A stretch of 64,000 nucleotides of DNA from Schizochytrium sp. TIO01 (lineage: Eukaryota; Protista; Bigyra: Labyrinthulomycetes). How positions within the stretch are numbered: the first letter of the stretch is position 1; each line of letters opens with the position of its first letter. The notes below the pieces were generated by a model. The model was not told the origin of the DNA, did not search any database, and saw only the letters and a program-made list of their open reading frames with translations. Made by a program: the position numbers and the translations under genes. Shown here piece after piece: positions 12,401 through 26,032 of this stretch. The DNA lies in assembly GCA_004764695.1 (NCBI GenBank), contig SMSO01000008.1, positions 434,001-498,000 of the forward strand, read 5' to 3'.

Positions 12401-14977
12401 AAGAAGACACTTCCCTTGTTCAACTTCAACGACACTTCATTAGAGAGAGCTGGCAGATCAACCATTTTTACTTACTTCACCAGTTTTCTTTTTCTCAAAC
12501 CGCAAGCCAACTCAATCCCGATATTTATTATACGTTGTGTGTTTTCTTTTCATGTTTGCAAAGCATTATTTTCAACATTGAAAATATTTAAATACGTGCA
12601 AATAACCTTTACTTTAATTAGTTCTTTAACTTTAGCTCTCATTCACGTTTAGTTTTCGTTAATTATATTTTTTTTATTAAAAAAAAAAACGTATTTCAAT
12701 TAAAAAAGCTAAAAACTTTATTCAAGAGAAAAGAAAAGAAAAGAAAAGAAAAACCAGCTAAGTAAGTACAACCAACTTTTTAAAATCTCATTTCAGGCAA
12801 GCACTACATATTATATCGACGGTCTTTGATTTCAAAACAAACACAATTGACGTATATGCATTTGTCTATCTATCTATCTAATTATACACAAAGTCACAGC
12901 CAAAAGAAAGTTAAACTGCATCCATCCATCCATACATACACATATCTATATATATATATATGTACGTATATTTATTTACGTTTCTATGATAAACTCAGTC
13001 ATAGAGAACTAATAAGTAAGTGAACGAAGTATTTGCGCAAAGCCCTCTCTGCCGCCTTCGCAGTCGAGCGTCCTGCTCGCCGACCGCCGGAAAGCTGGCT
13101 GGAGTCGCTCTGCTGCGCCGGCGTAAGCGTAGACGGGCTGCGGACGTAGCTGGCTAGCTGGCTAGCTCTCGAGCACCCGTCACGCGGCCGCGCCATCGTT
13201 GAGCACCGCCGTCTCCGCCTTCCCTGAGCGAGTTGAAGCTGTCTATCTATATCTAATAAATGGTCATATCGTCTGTGATCAGCTGTTCTGTTCTGTGCCT
13301 GTTTTTGCAGTGGAGGAACAGCACTTATGCCGCAGAGCGGCTTACAGCGTCTGCTTCCACGTAAGCTTGGACCCCTGATCGATGCTTCTGCGCAGTCGAG
13401 GCGACCGAAGAGGCCGTAGAGGCTCAAGCTGCAGGGGGCGGTGGGCACCGCCGCCGCGAGGTTTTGGTGGAAGAGCGGCTAGTTCTTCGTGCAGCGCATC
13501 GTTTCTTCACAAGCGTGAGGCTCAGTTGTGAGGTGAAGAACGCCGTTCTGAAGGGAGAATTCGAGAATCAACCAATCCAAGGGAAAAGCAAGCCGCGCCG
13601 AGGGCCTTCGCACGATCAGGTCTGAGCAAATTGATCGAGCTGTTTGCTGTTTCTGTGTTCAGTCGGTGCTTCATCTTTGCAAAGGTTCTCTGCAGAAAGG
13701 TGAACGGGGCCCGCCAACTCAACTTCGATGATCACAGAGCTTCGACTTCGCCCAGAACCTCGAACGTTGAAGCAAAAAGAACGCCTGAAGAATCCCCTTA
13801 TCGCAAAGCAAACCAACCGTCAGAGACAATTGTGGCCGGTCATCGTAGCGGTTACATCCCTAACTGATCCCTTGGCCAGACTTGACCATCCTAATCAAGT
13901 TCCTATCGAACGGAATTCTGCGATGGCCAAATGAACTCTCGAAGGTTTCCCAAATCGTTTCCCAAATCATTTCCGGCAGAGTGAGACTTCTGTCGTCAGA
14001 ACGTTGGTTGCACAGCCAGAGCCGCGTTTTCAGGTTCAGAACGTCGTGCGTTTAGTCAGGTCCTGCAGAGCCCTCACGATCTTCGCACATTCATTCATTC
14101 ATTCATTCATTCATTCCTAAGTGAGCTAATTACCATTCCCAGTTGGAACCGAGTGCACTCTTCTCTTGGAATCGTTAACCTGCCTGTACTCTGACTTGTC
14201 TCCCAGCCCACGCCTCGCCAGCTTCGCCAATTTCGCCAATTTCGCCACCAATAAGCCACGCCGCGCCAAGGCAAACCAGCCCGGCGCCATCGCAGCGTCT
14301 CCTTGCCCTTGCCCGCATCCACATCACCATCATCCGCCACCAATCTCATCAATCACCCGCAAAGAAATATCTTCGATGCACCGCAATCTCAATCTCAGCG
14401 CATTCTCTTCGCCATGAGCATCCATCTCACACATAATAAAAACACACACCTGTAAAAACTCCCTAGCTCCAAATCCTCCATGCAATTAGTATCTATAACC
14501 TGCGACAAACTCAGGGCTGCTCTCGGCCTTCTCCCTTCTTCAGAGCCAGATCTATGGGCTGCGGCGATGCCTCGAGGTCTGCCCTCTTCCTCGCGCTCGC
14601 CCGTCTGTCTCGAGATGCGCTTTGGTCCCTTTCTCGCTCGAGTTTTCGCTGTCTTCTTCTTCGCCCCAATGACTTCAAAACAAAACAAAACAGCTCTTTC
14701 AAAAACAAACAAAAAAAACTCAACTTTATGCTCTCTTAGCCAGCGCCTAGGCGATTCCTACCAGTAGCAGTAGCAGCAGCAGCTTTTTTTCAATTTTTCT
14801 CCTTCTTTTTAGAGCGCCTGGCGTCGTGCTAGGGGGTGCTAGCGGATACGGGTAGCAAGCTGGCTGCGGCTGCGTTCTCTTCAGTGTTCTTCTTTTCCGC
14901 CGCTGTCTCATGTTTCCCTATTGCTATCGCTGCAGGGTACTGTGCGCGTTCCTTCCTCCCATCGTAGCGGAGGTTAG

Positions 14978-15037
14978 CTTATCTTATCTTATCTTATCTT
15001 ATCTTATCTTATCTTATCTTATTTATCTTGTCTTATC
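14978..15037. repeat. (CTTAT)n pentanucleotide microsatellite
   Basis: About 9 perfect units, then degenerate. Confidence 0.95.
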
Positions 15038-16320
15038 TGTCTGTCCTATGGTCTGCCGCTTCTGCTTTCTTTCTCCGCTTTTCTTTTCCTGCATGTTCCC
15101 CCTCTGGATTGACCCGCTCATCGCCATGTGTTCGGAGTTGACTTCACGGTTCCCTCTGCTTATATAGTAGTACCGAACGGTACGTAACGTTTCACTGAGC
15201 TGGCCTTTTGTCTGCTTTTCTTTCTTTCTTCCTTTCTTTCTTTTTAAAAAAATACTATTAGAGCTGTGTTTGTCTTCTTCTTCTTCTAGTTTTAAAAAGA
15301 ATTTGCGAGAGGCACTGACTGTTTGCTATATTGCAAACAAAAGTAACCTAAAAGAAAAGCCTTTTCACATAAACAAACAAACAAACAAATAATATCATTA
15401 ATAAATAATATGTCATGAAGGGTTGTACTGCTACTACAGGCACTTTTTCATTTTCAAAGAAAACTAAAAATGCGATAAGAGATAGGTTTTCGTTCAAACC
15501 AAATAACTCGAGTTTTTTCCCTTTCCATGCTCCAACTTAGTCCTCTTTTCAATTACAAATCAATAATAATAATAGTAGTAATAATAATAAGCAGACACAG
15601 AAAAGACCCGAAAACGTGCTGCTTTGGCTTTCTTTCTTTCTTTGTTTCCTCGCATTTCCTCTCTGACTTCGCCTCGCGTGTCCGCTGGCAGCCTCGCGCA
15701 GCGTTTCGCCCTCTTACTCACTCTGAGTCTGCCGCCATCGCATTGGTCCTCCGTCGCCACGAAACGAAGGAACGAAGGAGGAGCCGACAAAGCCTTTCTT
15801 TCCCGCCACCCAAACTGCTGATGAGCAGAGCAGCCAACATCCAATTGACCCTCATTTACTATCATGCATGATATTACTTATTCTTTCTCTGTAGTTGACT
15901 CAAGTCAAGAAGTCCCCTCGTTTCGCTTCTCGCTCCTTCTTGTCCGATGTTTGGTCCATCGACTTCTTCTAGCAAGAGAATACGGATGAGCTTCTCGACC
16001 TCAACCTCAACTTCAACTTCAACTTCAACTTCGACGTGAAAGTCAACTTCATCTTCGATTCAGACCCGAACCGCGCAAAGATTGAGGCGCCGATCGCCTT
16101 TTTCTCCAAACGAAGGATCCAACGGCGGCGCTAACAAATAAATAAACAAACTAACTCACTGACTGACTAACTATCTGAGTCACCTTCGTTGTTTATTCTT
16201 TCTGTCCAAAAGCGCCGCCTTTTTCTTTGGCGACCTGACCAACCTCAGATCCTCTTTCCCAGGATCTCTTTTCTTTCAAGTCCTTCTTATAACTAACAAG
16301 GGGGGTCAGCAGTCTTTTAC

Positions 16321-16409
<89 letters not shown>
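16321..16409. repeat. (TAT)n microsatellite
   Basis: About 29 perfect units. Confidence 0.97.
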
Positions 16410-16410
<1 letters not shown>

Positions 16411-19400
16411 ATTAATTAAAATAGTTGAACTTGGGCTTTCTTTCTTTCTTTCTTTCTTTCTTCGTGGCTCTTGTGCAGGACAGTTCGAAAACAGTAAGTA
16501 GGCACCTTCGGACTATGGCGTAGAGTGGTGTGATGGTGAAGACAAAAGCTGATCTCGCCAGCATCATGTCGTTAGGCAGTTTGTGCGAACGCGAGGAGGA
16601 GGAGAAGAAGAAGTTTCTTCTTTTCGGAAAGCATTTTCTTTTCTCGTTCCTCATCATGCCTCATTACTCTTCGAACAGAACCACCGCAATTTTTGTATTT
16701 TACTTTAAAACATACATTTGACCATTTGAGTTTCAACTTCGAAAGTGAATGCCTTTATTTTTTTTTCTTTCTTTATCCGAATACATTCTCTCTTCCTTTC
16801 TTCGCGTGATAAGCGCAAAATACTAATATTTTTTTTTATTATATTTTTAAAGGAGAAGAATAATTTATTCGCAAAAATAAATAAAGTTGAACCCGAAAAT
16901 AAAATAAAGTAAAGTAAATCAAAGTAAAGAAAAGGAAAGAAAAGTAAAGAAAAGAAAAGCGCAATAATTCTCGTCCTCTGCGCCGTTTTGGAAGAAGCCG
17001 CCGTGAGCAGTAAAGACAGTGCAGCGCGCGCCTGCTGCTGATACCCCCACAGTGCCTCCCCCCTTGCTTCGCAGACGAGCAGGGGCCCTCCCCGCAGTCC
17101 GGGCGGAACCCGCACTTCGGGAGTCGCCGGACCCTTTTGGCTGCGCTGCTTTGCGCACTTTGCTGTCCCTACAGAACGCGAAGATCGCGCGCTTGCTAGC
17201 CTTAAACCTAGCACTCCAAGTGCTCCTGCCTGTCTGTCTGCTACGAGATGTGACTCCAAAGTGACCAGACGAGTCTCGCTCGCCAGAGCAGGAGGAGTGC
17301 ATTGCACTTGCGGCACTTGCACGGAGACCTTCGAAGAAGACTTCGAAAACCAGTCGGTCTCTCTCTTGGCGCAAGCAAGCAATCAATTGCGATGGCCAAG
17401 CCAGCACGCAGAACAAGATAAAGATACTCCGGTCTTCTTCCCTCGCTCCTCGCCGCCGAGGCTCTCGAGCGCAGCGCAGCAGCGTCGCGATCTTCTTCGA
17501 CGCGGCCAGGCTTGCTTGCAGAAACGCTGTTCTCTGCCCAGGGACGCCCCGAAAGGCGGCTCAGTCAGCTCTGCCGACCTTGGTAACTAGCTAGCTAGCT
17601 AGCTTGTTTATATTCATTTAGTTTATGGGGTTTCGAGCTCGGTTCAGATCCTGTAGCCTGGTCCAGAAAAAGCTCGGCGGGCACCGCGTAACTCTGAGCG
17701 AGAAATTGGAGAACCCATGCTCACCAACCCAACACGAATATAACATAAAGCCTGGGGAGGGATTGACTGCTCTGAGCAGCGCAATTTCGACGTCAATCGC
17801 GTGGTAAGGAGGGTTTGGGGATTTGCTTCACAGGGACGTTCTATGATATATTCCTTAAGGACAGCCCTCGCTGGCTCCTGGGCGGCGCCCCCTCACTTCT
17901 TCTTCTTCTTCTTCTTTCTCCTGCTCGTAGAACCGCACCCCGTGTCGCGGGGACCACCACTACTGTGGCCAGCTAGCTTTCATTATACGAGTTTGAGTTA
18001 TAACGCATAGGGTCGACACGACGTCATTGTCCCTGTGAAGGTGCTGCTCCAAGTTTTGGTTTTTGGAGTGGTTTGTAGCCGCAGTAGCGGTAGTTCTCTT
18101 CTCTTCTAATACGTTGTATTTGCTCTACATTTCACAGAATGATTTGTAATCAATTGCGATGGATCTCAGTTTCTCCTGTCGAAATGGCGCGAACATGCTG
18201 ACGGTGAACTTGAAGAAGATTTGGGGAATTGATTCTATTTGAGCAAGCGAGGGTTTTCAGCTCGAATGTCTCGGCAGAAGTGTATTGAGCACCGTCGAAG
18301 CGTCCGACAAAGGCTATGGCCACTTGGGGACGTTCCTGGAGCATAAAGCAGCATGTGTCCTCCAAAAGCCAGGTGGCACGCACTCGCTGGACTTGTACAT
18401 AGCTACTTACAAAACAGGTCAAAGTAAGAAACAGCTCGCGAGGTCCGCAACTTCGTGGGGACGTTCTCACATAGGCTTTTGGGTGACACGCTACCGAAAG
18501 CTAAGGCGCACGGCGGTTGTTACTCGTTGCATAAACCATGGCGGTACGGCAGGAAGGTTGGGGCGTTCTTCATGCATAAGATTAAAGTAGCACGGAACGA
18601 TCTTGACCAGTTTTAGACCAAAGAGGAGTTTTGTTAGAATTACCATAAGAAGTGCGAGCTTGCCTGGGCCCTGATACCTTGTGTATAATACAGAGGTCTA
18701 CGAACAGGACTCCGCAGTAGAACTTTAAGAATTAGAAAATAAATATAAAAGACAAGATAATGGGGACGTTCTGACAAACACGAAAAAGGAAACACTCCGT
18801 TTTCTAATTTAAATTTATTTAAAAGAGAAACGAAGTTGACAGCTATAAATGAAAACGAAATGAAAACAAAAGATTTCTAATGTATTCAATTAGAGTGACA
18901 ATAATTTCGTTTGTTGAGGAATGGTGATTCGACGTTTGTGTCATTTGCCTGACGCGTACCAAATAAAATTTGCCAGTGCAAGGACAAGATTGCAGTGAAA
19001 TCAATCAAGGGGCTACCCACGTAAGAGGGACTGTCTCTCGCAATGTCTGTATTTTGAAGAATAGATGAAATGAAAATTTGTCTAAACTCGATCTTGCTTC
19101 ATTTCAAGAACTTGTTTTATTTTAAGAGCTTGTTTCATTTCATTTCCTTAAGTTACCCTTGTCGATTGACAAATTAATCTTCAAACAAAATTGTTTTATG
19201 TCAAATGCGGCGAACCGGCTTACATGTTATTCATGTTTGTCTCGATTCACTGAAGCGAATCTTGATATTAAATGATAACGTATGCGACTTTTTGTTTACA
19301 ATTTTCATTTGCTAAATTCACCAGATGGTTGCTTTAGAGTAGCTCCTTCTTCACACTACTAAGATTTTTTGACAGAAGCAAGAATGAAAAGCGTTAAAAC

Positions 19401-20842
19401 ATCAGGACATCTCCTGGCAATCAAATTTGACTGCGTGTGTGTCACAATTTGGCACTTAGCTTTCTAAAATAAAGTATATCCGATATAATTTATAAAAATG
19501 AAAAATGCAGCCGTCCAAGGTATTTTTACTTTAAATTCGAAGCTGAAAAGAAAGTGCTTGCCTGAACGATTAAAACAAAATAAAGTTTTATTTATTCTCT
19601 CTCCCCAAGTGAACATGCGTCCCTCGATTTGTGACTAAGCCTTGCTAGGAACTTACGAATGGCCTTTTCGTTACCGTCACACATGGATCCAAAGTAAAGT
19701 TTCGCACTTTCGGGACCTCCTTGTACTAGCTTCAAGCCCACCTTCCTAGATCCAAGCGGCCGCGCTCGGTCTGCAATTCGTCAGGACACCGTTCTTACAG
19801 CCTGAGATGACTTCATGTCTTGGCCTGCCTTTGCCGCTCAAGTCAATCGATGATTCCACGCGCTTCTCTTCAAGCTTGCTTTTTAACCACACTCTTGAAG
19901 CAAGCGAGCGTCCGCAACTTCAACCGCCCAAGGCATCGTGGACATCAGACTGTCTGCAACAATCTTTAGACAACAATATTTCAACTTGCTCCCGCTTAGC
20001 ACGCACTTAAGGCCTTGCTTCGAAAGGACTTACAAACAGATCACACTCACCATTGAGTATTCTTCGTTAAAGGAAAGGCTTCATCCAGCCAAGCCAACAA
20101 AAATATAAAAAAAGTAAAAACATGCACAAGGCACTGCGCGAACTCGTGTAATTAAAACGCCATGCTGTGGCAGTGTTGTGACCTCTTCCAACGTATCGCG
20201 ACCCACCTTGAACTGTGTGTTTGATCCACCATGCTTTCAATCCACACGCCATAACTCCATTACCGAGTTCCACTGTAACGTCCCCAAATCCTCCCATCCC
20301 CAGACAGCCATGATGTACGTCCGTATCCATCCACATACCTATCTATCTATTTGTCACTGCGATGTGTAATGCGGCAGAATTACACTTAATTCGCTCGTTC
20401 AGCACTCCAGTGAGCGCCTAGCAGGGCCATAGCCGACTGCTAGCCGAGCACCGCCCTAAGCGCTCTTAGCTCGAGGCGCTCTTCTGTCCTGTAAGCTCGG
20501 CTCTCGAGGCGTCCCAGGCACCGCAACCGAGGCAAAGCCAGCTCAGCCCTGCGCAAGGAGGAACGCCGTAGTTAGCTGCAGGCAGACCGGCCTGCCTTGG
20601 AGCGGGAGGTCAGCCGAGTGCTTTCTGAGGTCCAACTTATAACTTATAAATAAATAAGCACCGCTGCTTTGTAGATGCTATTTATTTATTGCGCACCTAC
20701 GGACTGCAGTATTATTAATTAATGTATGTGCGTATTTTTGCTTCTCGTGGTTATGAAAGAGAGCCCTCAACTGTAGCTGCTGTTGCCGAAGAGCGCAGCG
20801 ACTTCAAGAAGTTCAAGAAGGTGTGTCTAAAGCTCAGGCGAG

Positions 20843-20988
20843 TGAATGAATGAATGAATGAATGAATGAATGAATGAATAAATGAATGAATAACAGGCAC
20901 GCGGCGGATGCCGCGATTCGCTCTCCCGAGGTCTATGTCCTATTCTCCACGCCAATTACCATCTTTGTTTTCAGTGTTCTTCAGTTTA

Positions 20989-21029
<41 letters not shown>
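20843..21029. repeat. (GAAT)n and (TAT)n microsatellites
   Basis: GAAT run ~20843-20892 and TAT run ~20988-21029. Confidence 0.9.
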
Positions 21030-21030
<1 letters not shown>

Positions 21031-21666
21031 TGTGTGTAAAAAATGGAATGAAACAGAATTGTAAAAAAAACTTAGAAGCGATGAACTTTGAGCGCAGTAT
21101 GGAAGCGAAGAAGAAGAAGAAGTCGGCCCTGCCTTGAAGACCAACGCAGTCAAGCTTGAGACGCCTTGACGGACCGCCAAGCTTTCTTTGCATTGCAGGC
21201 GACGCGCCGGGCGCGATCAAGATGCTCATCGCACGCACTGACGGCTGATGGCTGCATCCTTCACGTCAGCACGTCAGTCTGGCTGGACACGCTCCAAACA
21301 TAAGCACATTCAAGAGCCAAGCAAACAGATAAATGAATCGATGCATATAAACGAAACGATGAATAAATAGCTAGCTCTGATAATCTTCAATTCGCGAGAC
21401 CCGCGAGGATCGAGGCGTCCCGAACTCTCCACTTCGCTCGCTCGCTCCATACGTACGTACCTCTGACAGCGAGAGAATATTGATAGCTTGATCGATCGAT
21501 CGATCGATAGCACAACAATCACGGGCGCCGAACATCCATCCTCTCCCTCGCTCGATCGATCGATGGGTCCATGCGTCAATAGATCAATCGAGCTCTCAAT
21601 TCCGCGCAATTCCGCGCAATTCCGCTCAACTTCACTCAACTTCACCTAATAATGAATGAATGAATG

Positions 21667-21700
<34 letters not shown>

Positions 21701-24700
21701 ATTAAAATCAATCGATCAAATGAGCTAATAATAAACTTGTGAAGTCCATTTGCCCTCACTTCTTACTTACGCGCCTCCTAGCGCCACCTACTGGCCGCCT
21801 AGTCCTGCGGGCCCAACAGTGTTTGCTAAGGCTGCTGCTTTTCACAGACAGAAAAGCGCCAAAGCCACAGTCGGTCACCCGTGAAGGAAGCGAGGAGAAC
21901 TGAAGAAACTCCGCCAAACCAGACGAAACCTGCTCTCGCGTACGTGTTTACGTATTTCGCGCCGCGCCAGAAGAAACTCCTCCGTCTTCAGGCCCTCAAC
22001 CCTGCGACGCAATCCTCTATCGCGCTTTTCCGGCGTCCACGAGGCTTGCTTGATCTTGAGCGGCGTCGCAGACTACTAGGTGCCTCCTACCCTAAACCCC
22101 ACTACCTCCAGAAACTTGCCCCCTTCCAAGCAACAAAGCGAGCCTCATTATAACCCCTTTGCAGAACCAGCGGGATCCACGGATCCCCCCGGTTCTGTAC
22201 TGGGAACCACCTCGACGAAAACTTCCCAGGCTACCCCCCAACTGGCCCTGTGCTCCTTTGGAGTGGGGGTGCAGGCTGGGCGACCGATGCCGCAATGCTG
22301 TGCCCTCTGTATGCGGCGAGTCTGATGGGAAGAAGAGAAGTGTGCGTGGCCATCTGTGGGGCGTCTGAAGTCGCCAGCTTTCTTTCTTTCTTCTTTCTTT
22401 CTTTCTTTCTTTCTTTCTTTAAAAAGAGAATATTGAAAGAAAGAGAAAGCATTCATTCAAGTCCTTTCATCGTTCTCGCCTCCTTTGCCGCCTCCGGAGC
22501 GTGTGCGGCCGCTTCGCAACTCGATGCCGACGGCTTTTGAAGGAAACGTGGCGGCTTATTAGCAGTCCGTCCGTCAGTCATTCAGTCAGTCGGTCTCTCT
22601 GAGCGAAGGAAGCCCTTCAAAGTTTCTTTCTTTCTTTCTTTCTCTCTTTCTTTCTTTCTTGAAAGTTCGTTCCTTGAACACTTTCAGCATTACATTTGTG
22701 TATATTATGGTGAGCAAAGGTCGAAGGTGCGCCAATGAAGTAAAGAGAGGACAATGATGACCGACGATGAGAAAAGAAAACCTGCCATCGTTAAAAGAAA
22801 ATCGACCCTTTTCTTTCACCCCAGCTTAATTTCAAATTTATTTATTTCCATCTGTATCTGCTTATTTATTTGTTAGGTTTGCTTTTTTAAAGTTAAAAAC
22901 AAATATATTGTAAAACCAAACTAACTCAAATCAAATAACAACATCGAGACGAGCAATCTTCTCTCTGTCCGGACCCAGGCAAAAGAACCGTCTTCTCACC
23001 TCCTCCTCTCCTCGCATCTATCTGCCTATCTATCTATTTTCTCCGTTCCATTCTTTGCGCCGCGTTGACCGTGGAGGTACCTGCGAACCTATTCGTCTTC
23101 TTCTGCGAGACCTTACACCCATAGAATCCAGTCAACGACTCGCTCACTCCCGCGCGCTACGAGCGAGCGCCTCCCCAATCTGCAGGAAGCACTGTTTTGC
23201 AAGTGTATATGTATATGATCACTTCTTTCTCAAACTATCGTCATTTCATGTATTTTCTATTTCAAAGTAATAGCAATTGTTGAAAAGCCTTTTCTTAAAA
23301 CAAACATTTTTAGTTAAAGGCTTTGCCCGTTATCTGTTTATTAAAAGGTATGTGTTAAAAATAAATAAATAGATATATATATAACTAAATACGACAATAA
23401 TAAAATCATTCTATTTTCAACCCCAAAACACTTATTTAAATTAAAATAAATAAATAAATAATCGAATCCGTTTGGCGGCATAAAACATGTTTTTACTTTA
23501 AAAAAATAATTGCATTTTTATGAGATAATGTTTTCACTTTTCAAAATAGAAAAGGAGAGGGGATGTAAAACACATCCTTCAGGAAGTTCGAGCACAGCAG
23601 TATCATGCGTGAGAAAGAAAGGCAGAGTTTACTTCAACTCAAAGATAGCAATTTTAGACAATGCATGCACTCGACTATTCGAACGAGAAAATACTGACAG
23701 ACTGGCTTCGCTTGAGATCTTCTCTCGTGCTCGTTCTCTCCAGCTCTTTCACACGTCTGTCTGCGACCTCGGGGTCTCACAAGTCACTCACTACATAATA
23801 GCAAGTGGATCGGGAAATCTCATGAAGCATGTTTGACGGAGACGACGAAAGAGAGGACAATTGAATTCCACTTTCGGGAGTGTGCTAATATTAAAGTGAG
23901 ACAAATCAAGCGACCTCTCCAAGAAACAAAGAAACAACAAATGATCTCCCTGCTTTTCTCCCGCACTCAAACGTGCTCAAGATCAATCCATCGATCTGTT
24001 CAGAAGCTGCAGCCTCAACAATCTTTAAAAAAGGAATCGCCGCTCCTCGATCCCTGGCTTTCCGAGTACGCAGGAGCCCTCGTTTGGCTAGCTAATTCTA
24101 TGCTTCTTTTCGCTCATCTATTCACTCCCTCAATCAGACGGCACCTTCTATTTATTTCCCCATAAAGAACCCCGGCATCTTCAGAGAAGCAAACAAACCA
24201 ACGGGAAAGAACGCTGTGGCTCTTCTCTATTCACCCATCCGAACTCTATTGAAGCCGTCCGCCCGCACGCCGATATCCACTCTCTTCTCCACTCCAGTAC
24301 CTTCAAGAGCCCAGAGAATGAATCAACCAATGAAACAATCAAATGAATGAATCAATGATTCACTGCGCCGAAGAACTGCACAGAACTGCACAGAACCAGA
24401 ACACCTGGAACGAAATGTTCTAGTGGGAACCTCTTTGTCACTGGTACTGCTTTGATAAGGCATTGCTTCTGTAAATATTAGGAGTCCCCCTCAGTCTGTG
24501 TCTCGCTTATCTATTCAACTTCAATCAACTTCAATAGCTATTCTTAGAAGTTTTAGTTAGAACGGATAGGGTCCGGGCTGCGCCTGCTTCTTCCGGGGAG
24601 TGAGTGCTAGACATAGTGCTAGGTGTTTAGTTATGCGCCGTGTTTTGAAAAGAGAATTGGAACGCGAGGATAAATTATATCCTCAGTAGTTCTTAGAAAG

Positions 24701-26000
24701 AGAATGAGGACGAGTTTCTCTCTTCGTTTATTTGTTTGTTTGTTTCTCTCGTGTCTCGAGAACTTTAAGGTTCGGGCTTCCGAAGAAAAGTCTTCGCAAC
24801 GCGCTATCACGATGATGACTCATACATGCGGATATACATCTACATAATAGTCAAAGAATGAGCGGTGATCTGTATTCTTGTGGAAGTAAGTACCTATGAA
24901 TTAATTGTGTCTATTATCTATTATCACGTTCTCGTTCTATGCTGCCATCACAATTCGTGCACCCTTTTCTTCCATCCCTAAACTTTTTCTTTTCTTTTCT
25001 TTTCTTTTCTTAAAAACTGAAAGAAGAAAGAAGGGCCTCGAAAATATTTTTATTATAGCATTACTTTCGACCTTTCTCTCGCAGAATCCGCTTCATCACA
25101 ATAACAAGTACACGAGTACGTTTCATTTTTAAATTATGCAAACACTTTCCATAGAATATTTATTTATATTAGAAAAAAAAAAAAACTAAACTTATTTTAA
25201 CAACTTCAATCAAAATGTTTGCATTCCTTTCTTTTAAAATAAATGAATTAAACATTGTTTTTTAATAAAACTAAAAAAAAGCATAGGATATATTTATTTT
25301 CATTTTCAATTGAGCGCTGCTTACAAAAGTAAAACTCGCTCCTCATGTATTTATTCTACAGTTCTACAGCTCTCCACACTCTCGCGCTTACAGCAGAGTA
25401 CAGGTGACATTGCAGTCACTCTATTTACTCCCCACCCAAATGAAGCACTGAACAAAAATCAATAAATTGTCCTCTCTTTTGCTCTCTTGCCTCCTTTACC
25501 TTCCTCTCATATCACAGGCTTCTCTCGAGTTGAGAATAACTCTAGCTAGAGATAGTCAAACTACTCAACCTCCGTACATCTATACATACATAGATATAAA
25601 TAGATAGATTATCTACATACATACATACATACATACATACATACATACTAACTACATCATGAGAACTCGCGTATTTATGGCCCTCAAGTCTGCTGCGCAG
25701 TAGCTGACCAAAAAATGCGCCGCTGTCGCCGCAGGCCAGAGCGTCCTTTGGCTCGCTAGCGTCCCACCCGTTCCACTATGCACCGAGCTCAGAGCACAAC
25801 GCTGAGGATTCCGCTGCTTCTTTCGACGACCTCAGTTCCTGCTCATGAGTTCCTGCTCAAGAACCGCCATAGCATAATCTCAAGGTGCCGACAACACAGG
25901 CGCATACCCTTAGCGTTCAGCATAGCGAACCCCTAGTGCACTCGCGGATCGTGCGGCGGCGAGAAAGGACCAGCATAGTAGGGCGAGTGAGGGAATGAAT

Positions 26001-26032
26001 AGATCGATCGATCGATCGATCGATCGATCGAT
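26001..26032. repeat. (GATC)n self-complementary microsatellite
   Basis: agatcgatcgatcgatcgatcgatcgatcgat. Confidence 0.95.

Noticed and set aside
16705-17590. Overlapping 80-225 aa ORFs in a GC island
   Set aside because: No family motif or codon bias; open frames are expected at this GC content.
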